Positions 51,101-63,269 of a DNA stretch of 64,000 nt are shown piece after piece (positions within the stretch are counted from its first letter, which is position 1; the number at the start of each line of letters is the position of its first letter). The notes beneath the pieces were generated by a model. The model saw only the letters and a list, made by a program, of their open reading frames with translations, made no database searches and was not told the DNA's origin. This DNA is from Paragordius varius (lineage: Eukaryota; Animalia; Nematomorpha), in the NCBI GenBank assembly GCA_964247055.1, contig OZ176053.1, positions 12,028,001-12,092,000 on the forward strand. Reading direction: 5' to 3'. The translations under genes were made by a program, and so were the position numbers.

Positions 51101-54100
51101 GTGTGACAATGACGAGGATATAGCGCAGATCCGATTGCTATGGTGTCAGGAGTTAAACTTAAACAAGGACAGGGTTCTTAAGGAAGCTATCGATGAGGTG
51201 TGAGATTAAAGCAGCACGAAAGACCAATGATTGGTCTCATCCCCAATCGTATAAACCACTGAAAAATGATATCGAAGAGTCCGGCCTTCTATATCTAGGT
51301 GACCGTCTTATTGTTCCTCAAAGCATGAGGATCGACATTCTTTCGTATCTTCATAAAGGTCACCCTGGTATCCAGTCCATGAAAGCGTTAGGTAAGACTG
51401 GTGTATTTTGGCCCAAATTGAACCAGGATATCGAAAAATGGGTGCAAAGATGTTTGAATTCTTAAAAGTTACGGTTAACATTGCAGTAAGCCCGACTTAT
51501 AAATGAAACCCGAACACCACCGTTTCTCGATATACCCGTAGAGAACCTCTACTGGGTCATACTTATAGATCACTGTACCTGTTGAAAGGAAGTGGCACAG
51601 CTTAAAACAGTAAACTCGATCAGTATTTTGAAAGTTTTAGGTAGTTGGTTTGCACGATATGGCACCCCAGAGATGATCGTAACTGATAATGCGTCGTATT
51701 TTAAATTCGGTGATTTTAAAAGAATATTAAGTTCCTCTAATATCAAGCATGTAGCTTCTGCGCCATACCATCCTCGGACAAATGGTGTAGTGGAAAGGGT
51801 TTTTCAAACCTTAAAAACGCACTATTAGATGTGTATTTCTGAAGTAGCAGATCCAGAACGCCGGTTAAACCAGGTCCTGTGGGCTTACAGGTCAGCACAT
51901 CACAATAGTAATGAGACACCTGCATGACTATTTCTAAAACGAAATTTACCGACACCGCTGTCCTGGATGAAAAGAAAACCAAAGGATTATATTGATGGTA
52001 CCTCAGATAGTATACATGAGTTCGTTCCAGGTGAAAGAGTATTTATAAAGAATGAGTTAGAAGACGGTTGGCGAGAAGGAAAAGTAGTGGAGCGGACTGG
52101 ATTATTGTCATACAATATCGAAGATAGAGGGAGAGTTTTACGAAAACATACTGATCAACTAAGAGGGCGAAAAGCAGGTCCAGATGAACTTAAGCTAGCC
52201 TACCAGAAAGAATTGGAACAACAGAATAATAATGGTAATATCATAGCCGCTCCCCTCGTGATCCTCTTATGGATAACAGTATCAATGATGATGATACCAA
52301 TCCTTCCCCGGATATTTGTCAAGAATTCCACAATAATTAGCAAATTCCCAAAGGCGATAAGATTGCAGAAGCCCCAAGCCTGGAAGTACCAGTCGAGAGA
52401 CGCTATCCCACAAAAAGCCAAAAAGCCCCTGACTACATAAATCACTTTTAAATTTTGTTTAATTAACTCAATTGACCTTTTCTATTTTTGTTAACTTAAT
52501 TGACCTTATATATGCTTTAGTTAATTGTGAATGAAAATATAATGATATCCTTCTCTCTTAACCCAGTGCATAATATACTTTTGTCCTTGTTACGTTAAAT
52601 ATGTAAATTACCTTTGTTGTGAATACTACCTAACTGTAATATTTAACCATATGCAAAATATATAATGCAATATATTTTACTCACACATAATTTTTAATAC
52701 TACAATAAATTTCTTTTGCGATTATCAACGGAACAGAGATTTAAGCTGCGGGTAAATCACTCGCTTTTATATATAACAATTAATTTCACTCATCAATGTA
52801 TAATTAAGAGATATTTTAAAAATAATCAATTTTTTAAACGTATATGTGTGAAATCCATCCATCATAAGTATAAAATTAACAATAAAAAAAAATTACCGTA
52901 GCAATAGCGTTTCCAGGTAAAATTTTCAATTCAGCCAAAATCCAAATGGCATTGGTTAGCTTGATACTTTGATAGAGTAGGTCTCTACCTTCAACATCCC
53001 TTTTATCAGCGACGGTGAATACATTGTTATCTCTTAATCGTTTGATAATAACATCTAAAAAAGATGAAAAAAATAAATTTTAAGATAAATCAATTATAAT
53101 TATTCAATATTAAACTTCACTTCTTTTACAAACCAAAGGCCCCTACCTCATCAAATAACTAGATTAGGAAGTTATTTGCGCAATCCTGGCATAAAACATT
53201 CATTAAATTTCAGAAAACGGTAAAACACAAAAATGAAATTTTTATCGGCCTAAAAAGATTGTAAAATGCATCTATTAGAATATCTAAGCTTGTGTCGTTA
53301 CTAAAAATCGAAAAGCATATATATTAAACATCTAAAAATCGAAGAAATGATAACAAATTAAACCAAATGACTGTGTGTTAAAAATAGTATCGCAAAAATA
53401 AATTTACAAAAGTGCCATATTTTTCACAACGCAATAGTCACAAAAATTCTAACTAAATATTTATATTTTACCAAACAAAAAACAAAAATCCTTTATATCT
53501 ACCAGAAAAAGTCATATAATTTTCACTTTTTTACTTAAAAAAACGACATAAACTCTTTTATATTCTTGATAATAAAATTTAAATTAATTCGTGTTATACC
53601 AGTATTGCCAGCCATGAGTAGATTCATATTAATTTGACAGGATATTTCATTGGTAGCTGGTATGTCTTTCCAAGTGTTAAGGAATAAGCGCTTCTCCATG
53701 TCCCCATCCTCCCCAAAGAAAATGTAAAGGGAAACGTCCAACAAATCAAAATAAAACACATCCAAATTATTTTTTACTGCGACCTGTATAATTCACATGT
53801 TATATATCATATATTATATAGATTTATTTCTTTAACACAAAAAAAATATTAATATTAAATGTTTACATGTAAATCGAAAAAATCATATAAAAAATAGTTT
53901 AAATATAAAAATGAGTAAAAAGTTTAATTATAAAATAACGGGTCAACTTTTATTATATGAAAATTGCTTTGGGATTTTAAAATATTTTTTAAAATTAATA
54001 ATTATATGGATAATAAATTTTTATTCATAGCAAATATTTTATGAAAAATTCATTTTTATTCCATTTCCCTAGAAAACTTGTTTTTCAACAAATTATTTAA

Positions 54101-57100
54101 CACATATTAAAAAATTAGTTGTATTATCATTTAAAAATTCACCGCATAGTCAAAATCCTTTTTACAAATAAAGGGAAAACAGAGTTTGATTGTCTCAAAA
54201 AATTCCTTTTATACCTGGAGTTTCAAAAGGGGATCCATTTTTTGCACTGGTCCTGAAGTGTTTAATACCAAAGTATTTTCACAATGATTGTTTGGTGGTA
54301 GGGGCGCTGTTATATGCAATTGCTCTCCAATCGCCAAACCAAAACTAAAATTATATACCATTTTATAGTCAAAGTGCAACATTTTTTCAATTATCCTTGC
54401 TTGAAAAAATGTTGCGTTTTGATTAAAAAACGGTGTATCATCATAGTGAATAGGTTAGATTCAAACAAAAAAAATGTTAAAAAAGATATCTTATAAGGCC
54501 TGTGATTACAAAAGCAAGGTATCGTAATATAGTAAAATCCAAAATTATGGACAAAATAAAAAAATGATATATTTTCAAAACTATCCTTTTTAAAACTTGT
54601 TTTATTTATATAAAAGTCATTGCGCCATGTATAGATGTAAATTGGTAGCAGAATCAAATACATATTTAATAATTGTAATTAAATAGTTTATATAGGAAAT
54701 TTTACGGTTTAAAAAAGTATAGTTTTGTCTTTTGAAAAAGAATAATTGTCTTTATGTTTGAACATTTTGTCGGTATATTATTTCAATTTTTACTGTAATC
54801 TATTAAGAAAATTTTTATGATCAATGGGGAAAAATTATTGCTCAAAAATTTTGTATTCACCTATTTTTGTTGAATTGAATGGCAAAACCGGACATGGGCG
54901 TGAGTGCTTTGTTATGGAAATCGACATTCATACAAATTTGTCCGTGTTTGCGATAAAACGATCCTTGAATTTCCAAACCCTTTGCTTTTGCCGCAGTCAA
55001 CCAAATCTAAATTTTATTGTAACGAATTAAAGAACATACTTGAAAACTATTAAGCAATGTGCTTTAGTTAATATAATTTTAATTTGATTAAACATTAATC
55101 CAAATAGATAAATTAATCCCAATAGCAAAATGAAAATCCATAGCAAATACGTTTACACCAAAATACAACTTGATTTTAATTTGATTCAATTACAATCAGT
55201 AACCACAAAATTCTGAAATATTCCGCAAAAAAGGTTTACATGTTTCGGTGCTATAAAACCACCACCCATCATAGAATTTGCCACATTTGTCAGGGGTTGA
55301 TTAGCGGAAGATGAAAGGGTATTTGTAGTTAAACCAAAAATATCACCCAATTCTCCAAACAAATTATTACTGTTATTAGTGGTGATGCCGCCATCTTTAG
55401 ATGATGTTCCCAAAAACGCTGAATGGGGTGCAGGGGGTACAGGTGAAGCCCCCAATAAATTTCCAGAATAATCTATAAATGTGGCATAAACAATAGATGT
55501 GAAAAGAATTAAAAAGGTCGCAATATGATTTTCAAGAATATTACAGTAATGAAAGAGAACAAGACTATTGTTTGGAAAAAGGTTTTAAATTTTAATAGTG
55601 ATTTGATAAAGCTTTCTCTGAAATATTATTTATTTTTTTACTCTTTTTTGCACATCTGTATATTTTGAGTGAAAACAAAATTTTTACAATTTTCTTTTGG
55701 CTAGGGATTATTATAAAAAGGGTTTTTAATAATATGACCCTTGCATAGAATATAAACAATAAGACATATATATACCTTTACATTAAATAAAAATAAAATG
55801 TAAAAAATGTTAAAATACCAGGTAAATTTAATGGGCTAGTGTTGGTATGAATGTTTGTGGAAGTAGCGCCCATGTTCCCAAAAACATTTTCTAGTTCATT
55901 ATCGATTGGGCCCAACTATCAAAATGTACAAAATTAATCGAATAAATTTTTTTATCGTTGCAAAAAATTATGATATTAAATAAAATAAAATTTCAAAGCG
56001 AAACTATACCAACGAATCTGTCCCTATTCCATAATCTAAGGACGGGCTCATAAAATTGGATTGTTTTGATGTACCATAACCTATGGGTATAAATGTTACA
56101 AAGTATTAAACAATGCTATTCTAAACTGAAAATCATCATAATCTCTAGAAGATTAAAAATTCAATAAAACTTGAAAAGGATTTATTGAAAAAACATTGGA
56201 GCTATAATATTTTTTATAACATGCAATTGCATTTTTAAAAAATAAGGAAATTATACCAAAATAAAAAAACATTTTTTTAGCACTGTGATAATAGTATTTT
56301 AAAATTAAAACATCATGTATGATACACATATACCTCCCATGTTATTCATCATCATGTTTCCCTGATTAACTCCATTGTTATAGTCGGTGGCTAATTTAAA
56401 TAAAATATAAATATTTTGATAAAATATAAAAATTAACAAATACAATATGCATATATATATAAATGTTAAATTGAGATAGAATTTAACATCAAACTCAAAA
56501 TTATTTCTATGTCAGGGTTGATAAAATAAATTTTCATCAAACCATTCTCATCATAATATATCACCCCATGACAAAATAAAAAACGCTTAAAAACATATTA
56601 GAAAAGTTGTATATTTTTGGAAAAAAATAAGTAAGTAAGGTTTAAAATGAAAGCAGACAGTATAAGATGCATTATCCATAAAGATATTTAAAATATAAAA
56701 GTCTAAGTATTATCTTAAATTTATGGTAGAGTTATGACTAATTATTAGTTTATTAAAGAAGGCTGCAAACTGCATCATGCTTAAAGAGAATAGTTAAATA
56801 ACGATTTTTTAAAACCTATTGATAAACTCTTACTCAGAACACATAATAATTTAGCGTATCTGTTGAACTTTTTTTTAAAAAAATTAAAAATAAACTTAAA
56901 TCCAAAGATAACAAATCTCCCAATAAAGAATCGGCCGATGGAATAACAATATTTTGTTTCGGTAAAGTTGAACAGACAGGTGAAGATGGACTTCCAAAAT
57001 CTCCAAGCAAATCGGGTTGTTGATTGGCTAATTGGACGCTAAATAATATTTATATGATTAAAAAAAAAGTTGTTTTATTTTCCCCTATTATTTCAAAAGT

Positions 57101-59578
57101 TTGAATCGTAAAATGTATAAAAGTTGTGTGTTGATAAAGTTTCTTTATGAATGCAAATTCCATTATTTAATTAGAATAAAAGCCATTTGGGAAACATTGT
57201 TTTCCTGATGATCGCAAAGCTATTATTACATCCAAAACAAAATATCATTACTATTTGACTATTTTAGACCATGCACCTACCTAAACAAACTTACGAGACC
57301 TCCAATAAAATAAACATCTAATTTTAGATATAATTAAAGTAAATTACGTTTGTGCGTTTTCATTGAAGGTGGTTCCTTTTTTAACATGCTTCTGGGATGT
57401 TGTATGTCCTGCCCGGCTTAAATTAACAACGGTTGGATCCAAAAATGCCGATGGTGGTTTATGATATACTGATGCCAATGTGCCTTTGAACAAAAAATAA
57501 TATTTTAACTTTAAATTGCTGGAAAATGTTAATTTTATTTTATTATTGGGAAAGGGATAAACTGTCAAAAATTAAAAAATGAAGAGTAGAATTCTTAACA
57601 AAAAAAATCATCTTGAAAAAATGACACAGTTTGGTTAAATTTTTTATAAAAAAATCCGTTGATTATTTGACTCAGTCTGTGTTAAAAAGTTTAAGAAACT
57701 AGAGAAATAAAACTAAACTTAATATAGGACATACAAAACGCACCATTTTTTATCATCTAACAAGGAATTGTTATAATGAATATCAATATTTTTAGCACAA
57801 AAAAAACGATATAGTTTGATCTTTATTTGTTTTATTTAGCCAATATCAATACAATATTAAATATAAAAGAGTGTGTTACCCATTTACATTTTTAATGTCT
57901 CTTTATATTTCCATAATATTAAGTTATATTAAAAAATACATAGTATTAATGGTTGTCTTTTATCATAAAAAAGCTTTGTCTTACATTTCTGTATAGGTAC
58001 TTCAAAAACAACCGACAAATTGGGTAACTAATTCATTTAAAAGCCAAGTCCCTAACAAATCCGTCTTGTTATAATAACTCTAGGAAAAAACAAAATGAAT
58101 TTTTTCCACTTTAATATAATAAACCCAAAATTGGACAAAAAAATGATAGAGTATATAATTACCAATATATTGGGTAACTAATTCATCTAAAAGCGAAGGT
58201 TCCAACAAATCCGTATTTTCGCTTATGAGCGGACGAGGGGCTAAAACAACTCTTCGGGCAGCAGCTGGATCCGTGGATAAAAGGCGCCAATAAATGAAAC
58301 CTCGATCCCTTAGATCAGGGTTATCGCTATGCTAAAACAAAAAGGTTTCAAAATAAAAAATTATTAAATGTTACGTAAATGATGTTTATACCTCTAATCT
58401 CATCAATTTTTATCAATAAACTACATTAAATATTACCATAAAGTGTAAATTCCAAATAGAAAAGGGTATGAATTATTTATGAATTTAAAAAAAAATAAAA
58501 TTTTTTTAATTTATTAATAATCGGTTTTAGAGACATTGTTTACTAGTTCAAATAATAAGTCTCCGAAATTGTTAAAACGTAATTTATAATGCCCTAAAAA
58601 ATTTTGTCATCGCTCATTACACCTCTTATTATAAATTTCATTGTGATTTGTATAAAAGTATATAAACTACCTGAGTAGCTAATGTGAGAACAGATTGTAC
58701 CAATTCTTGTGTTTCAGACGGTTTCTTCAAAAATAGTTTAACTATGGCTGTCAGTAATTGGAGTTGAACCTAAAAAAATATTTTTTATATATTTATGGAT
58801 ATAATTATAAGATTAAAAAAATGATTTTATAAATCCTAACCTGGGTATTTTCATCATTAAATCCGTCCAGAAAACTATCCAATAATTCATCGGCGTTATC
58901 AATTCGTTCAGCGTATTCGCCTATAATCCAAATCATACTGGCTCTGAGATAATAAAGTATTAATTTCAAAATAATTTTATGACATACATAACCTTAAATT
59001 TTTGTTTTATAGGGCTGGAAACTAATATACCCTTTTTCAACAAATTTATGTTTTAATTAAACTAAAACAAAAATTATTACTAACCGGGCTTCGGGTTCAT
59101 CCAAAGAATCCAAATTTTCACATAAAACAGAAATTATGCTTTCATATTTATTCGGGTATTTGCGAAAGATGTCCTAAATATTAAAAGTATAAAAATGTTA
59201 AATGCTAAATATACCACAAAAAAAAGGGTCAATTTTTAACAAATTTAATTTTATTTACCTTAACCTCCAAATTTTTCAAAAACCACATTTTCAAAAAATT
59301 TATATTTCATTCATTTTTACATTCAAATAATTTCTAAAAAACCTGACAACTAATAATTTACAAAATATCTATAATTTGGTATAAACCTTTATGACTACAA
59401 TAGCTTCTTGGACCACATAATTAACTTTGGTTTGAATCAAATCAAGGAGGATAGAAACACATTTCTGGGCGGCTGGACCAACCTTTATAGCACATCGACC
59501 TATGGCCCGAACAGATTTACGCACGAAATCAACATCAACTTCGGTTCCATATCTGGGTGTGGTTAAATAGAGTAAAAA

Positions 59579-59620
<42 letters not shown>

Positions 59621-62036
59621 TTATAAATAAAATTGTCAAAAATTAAAGGGGGATTTTATGTATACATGGCCAATATTTATATGGATTTAATGGTAAAATC
59701 AAGGATGATCAATGCATAAATTTTAGAAACAGTTTTGAACGTATGATTTAGGGTACCGATACCTTATATAAAAGATTTTTATGGAGGAATTTACGTATTG
59801 AAAATATTACGGAAAAATATATTATTTTAACGATTTTATTATTTAAAGCAAAATATGGATATTAAAAATAATTCACAGATTCCATATATTTCAGCCTATA
59901 TTACCTAATTTCATTGTAAAAAACTTCTTTTGTTATAACCAATATTAATTCCCTAAAAAGCAAATACATTTTTTTTCTAAGATTTAACTAACTTACTCTT
60001 TAAGTTCCGCCAACACTTGTGTTATATTTGATTCATTAGCAAGGCGTATCATAATATCAAGTTTTTCGAGTTTAACATAAATCGGGTCATTATATTTCAC
60101 GAAAAAGACTTTCATTTCATGCTTAAGGACATCAGGCCTTTTCTGGACAATCAGATTAATGTTTCGTAAAGCGACATATTGAATCTCAGGCTCAGCTGAT
60201 AGCAGTGTCACCAAGGGTGGGGCTAATTTCTTAATGAGCGATTGTACGTATTCACTTTCCTCATCCAAACTGTCCATAAATTTCATGAGGACCTTAATAA
60301 TTATAATTAATATATATTTCGGAGACACACACATATTAATAATTTTTATGATTGAAAAGATAAATAATTTATTTTCAATTATGTCTATAAGTCGGGCAAA
60401 TTCGTTATAAACATATCTCTTTCATCCAAACTCCATTAATATTATGATAATTTTAGTTAATTTTTTAATTTGCGCCCAAAATTGATTTGCTAAATGTTTT
60501 TAAGTACCAAAATAGTTTTATGATTTCGATATTGTATATTGATAAAACATATTTATAAAAATACTAGCGTGAATCTCGTGCTGCTACGCAGCCCGAGGAA
60601 GTCCTTCGGACTTTTGGGGGGGGGGGGGGGGGGGGGGAGTTAGATACTCCTTACTCAGCATCTATCATCAAGGAAACGCTTGACTAAAATTTTTGCCTTT
60701 TAACAGGCAATACGAAAAATCTTTCTCGAATTTTTACAGTCTCATACCGTAGGAAAAAAAATACAATCAAAAAATTATTTTTGTGGACTTTGTTTTTTTT
60801 GAAAAAAATGGCATTTTACGGGGGTAGCGGGTAAAAAGAGGCCAAATCAAAAAAGTGAGTCGACTATGTTCAGCGCGATCAAAAATAAGTAAACGAAAAT
60901 CATATTTGAAATTGAATGGTCCAACACGTTCTCCAAAAAATTGACTTAACCCATTTTTCACACGGGGTGGGCCCGAACTGGGGACCTAATTCCAAAAACG
61001 GGCGAAGCTATTGTCGGGACATTTATTTATGATTATATTTTTTCGATATTTGGATTTGATTGCGTTCACCGGTTTTCCGGAAACTAATCACAAAGTTATA
61101 TGAAAAATCAGTTTTTAGCGGGTAGCTCCTTACCCAGCAGCTATCATCAAATAAACGGTGGACTAAAATTTTTGCCTTTTAACAGGGAATACGTGGAATC
61201 CATATTGAATTTTTACGGTCTCATACCTTGGTCGAAAAATAGATTTAAAAAAATATTTTTGTGGACTTTGTTTTTTGAAAAAAATGGCATTTTACGGGGG
61301 GAGCGGGTAAAAAGAGGGCCTAAATCAAAAAAGTGGCTCGACTATGTTCGGCGCAATCGAAAATAAGTAAACAAAAATTATATTTGAAATTGAATGGTCC
61401 AACACGTTCTCCGGAAAATTGTCTCAAAAACACGATTTGTGGACTTCTGTTTTCAAAAAAAACCCGTTTTTCATACGGGGTGGGCCCGAACTGGGAGCCT
61501 ATTTCAAAAAAAGGGCGAAGCTATTGTCGGGACATTTATTAATGATTATATTTTTTCGATATTTGGATTTGATTGGGTCTACCGGTTTTCCTGTACCAGA
61601 TCACAAAGCCAGCATTTTCCATTTTTATAAATATATAGATTAATTTATATTTACAGCATTTCAAGTTTACGCAAGAAATTATGTTAATTCAAATATATCC
61701 TTAAAAAAACTCTTCATTTGTTGCTAAAATTAATAAGTAAGTTTGTTATCATAAAAAAATAGCCAATAATATCATATAAATTTACCTTCACGGCAGAAAG
61801 TACGACTCCAGCATTGGCGTGGGCCAAACGAGGACTAACTCTCTCACATATACTATTTATATGGTCCAAATATATATTAATTAAATATATAAAAAATTTA
61901 TATAAATTCCATTTTTTACAGTATAAATTATTAGTACACGCAAAACCCAGAAGGTAAATTTTTTTCCTCAAAAAAAGACAACTACACTTTTTTTCATACC
62001 TTAAATATTATCAAATAAACTAAGTATTCTATTATT

Positions 62037-62071
<35 letters not shown>

Positions 62072-62674
62072 GTTAAACAGTTTACATTTCTATTACCTAT
62101 TTTACCAACAATAATGCGTTATTATTTAAAAAAAAGTTTAAAACAATTTATTTGTCTTATTAAACATAATATTTGTCTTTAAAATTTTACCAGTACTATT
62201 AATTATTATAATTATTAAATTAAAATAGAAAACCTTTGGGCCTCTTTTTCATCTTTGGCATGATAGGTGGCCAAACAATCCAGAATAAATATTTGACCCC
62301 ATCTATAACATAAAATAGTTTTGGAAAATATAAAACTTTACATTTAAATTAGGTAGGAGGGACATATGAATTCATAATGCAATCATGATAAATATAAATA
62401 TGATATGATTTCCTTTAATATAATATAATTTAAAAACAATAAATAATTTAAAAATTTACCATGCATAAACCAAACTAATTAACACACAAGATTAAACAAA
62501 CTTTTTTAAGTAAACGTAAAAAAAATAATTTTATCCATTTATAGATTACTCAGTGCATTCATTAAGGGCCGCCAACAATTTATTGACAGATTGCGTGTTT
62601 AAATTCAAGACTTTACTGGGATCCTCCGAATTTTCTGCGATTTCTGAAAGGGCAGCCACGGCATTTGCTACAAC
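48163..62674 (-). CDS. AP2B1: AP-1/AP-2 adaptor complex beta subunit, 5' end outside the window; exons 62674-62550, 62302-62234, 61852-61786, 60292-59997, 59552-59387, 59173-59085, 58943-58841, 58769-58671, 58331-58163, 57483-57348, 57038-56896, 56390-56334, 56080-56010, 55915-55819, 55472-55240, 55006-54861, 54344-54215, 53783-53600, 53054-52897, 48237-48163
   Basis: [100 protein letters not shown], clathrin-box-like [10 protein letters not shown], appendage FLNTWKDIP and [17 protein letters not shown], terminal exon [24 protein letters not shown]. 2613 nt in frame. AP1B1 versus AP2B1 is not distinguishable; invertebrates typically have one shared beta-1/2. Confidence 0.96.
48381..48524 (+). 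mobile_element. Truncated LTR (5' half) facing the minus-strand LTR
   Basis: Starts TGTTATGTTTAATAAC and is the reverse complement of 48640-48783. No PPT upstream; ends at GTGCATAA, which overlaps the end of the minus LTR. Confidence 0.8.
48518..49942 (-). mobile_element. Ty3/Gypsy 3' portion (integrase, PPT, ~266-bp LTR TG...CA), inverted
   Basis: [10 protein letters not shown]...[10 protein letters not shown] and [11 protein letters not shown]...WREGKVV; PPT AGATAGGAGATA precedes TG at 48783. Roughly 90% identical to 51288-52685. Confidence 0.9.
50040..52685 (+). mobile_element. Defective Ty3/Gypsy pol (RT-RNase H-integrase) plus 3' LTR
   Basis: [15 protein letters not shown]...VYLDDIIV; LETDAS; IEKEAKAI; [14 protein letters not shown]...[10 protein letters not shown]; [12 protein letters not shown]. 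The RT-RH-IN order is Gypsy-type. Many frameshifts; PPT and LTR start are deleted. Confidence 0.92.
58013..58079 (-). other. Duplicated 3' half of beta-adaptin exon 58331-58163, with its own AG and GT
   Basis: TTTTTTCCTAG | [23 protein letters not shown] | GTTGTT, versus the original ...[20 protein letters not shown] | GTAATT; ~80% nucleotide identity by eye. Confidence 0.75.
60564..61639 (-). mobile_element. Complete non-autonomous Helitron with a ~479-bp internal tandem duplication, in a beta-adaptin intron
   Basis: Minus strand reads A | TCTATATATTTATAAAAATGG ... hairpin CGGGCTGC-GTA-GCAGCACG, 9 nt, CTAG | T, with no TSD. Units start at ~60647 and ~61126; a G22 run lies at 60616-60637. 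Confidence 0.85.
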
Positions 62675-63034
62675 CTATTTTTTCCCATAAAAAATTAATT
62701 GAAAAAATAAAAAAGGCAGTAATGATAAAACATGATTGAATTTTACTATATAACGTCTTAATAAAGTAATATCAGTTTGCACCTCTGTTTTGTATTTCGC
62801 ACTTAAAGGGATAGGTTATATTTAGAAAATAGGAGTTTTTATAAAAATAAATTTCTTTATTTTGGGACAATGACGCAAATTAAACCGTAAAAATAAAATA
62901 ATGACTATATATATAATATATGAAGAAAAAAATTAAGGCATTCTATAATACTTGGTTTTAATTTGTATTATTAACTACAACTTTTTTTATTAGATGATAT
63001 TTTTAGATACTTTCAACAACAGGTCATTGCATAT

Positions 63035-63145
63035 AATTAATTCCAGGAGTTTAATTGAGCGATATGATGTGCAATTTAGTTTATTCCGTTTATTTTTATA
63101 GATTGAAATAGTAAATACTGTTTTGCCAATCGGTTGGGATCTTAA
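63035..63145 (-). repeat. Inverted duplicate of the RTE segment at ~63358-63468
   Basis: The reverse complement matches AAGATCCCCACCGATTGACAAAACAG...GCTCAAGTAAACTCCTGGAA at roughly 90%. Confidence 0.8.
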
Positions 63146-63269
63146 TATCAAATATATTATTTTGTTAAAAAGGGTTGTTAAAATGGAGACCCTTAAATTT
63201 TACACTTTTCAATAATCAGCTTAGAGTTCAGACGGTCCTGCCGTTTTATTGTTTTTCATTTTTTTAATG

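Noticed and set aside
52700-52770. Candidate terminal beta-adaptin exon right after 52897
   Set aside because: No frame resembles the conserved C-terminus; the matching exon is at 48237-48163.
53137-53205. CAAATAACT-loop-AGTTATTTG hairpin followed by ACA, suggesting an H/ACA snoRNA
   Set aside because: The ACA is on the strand opposite the host gene, and there is no H box or second hairpin.
53600-53612. Possible GC donor (GCT G|GCAATA) giving a better length match to vertebrate beta-adaptin
   Set aside because: Weak consensus; an in-phase canonical GT lies 9 nt downstream and was used instead.
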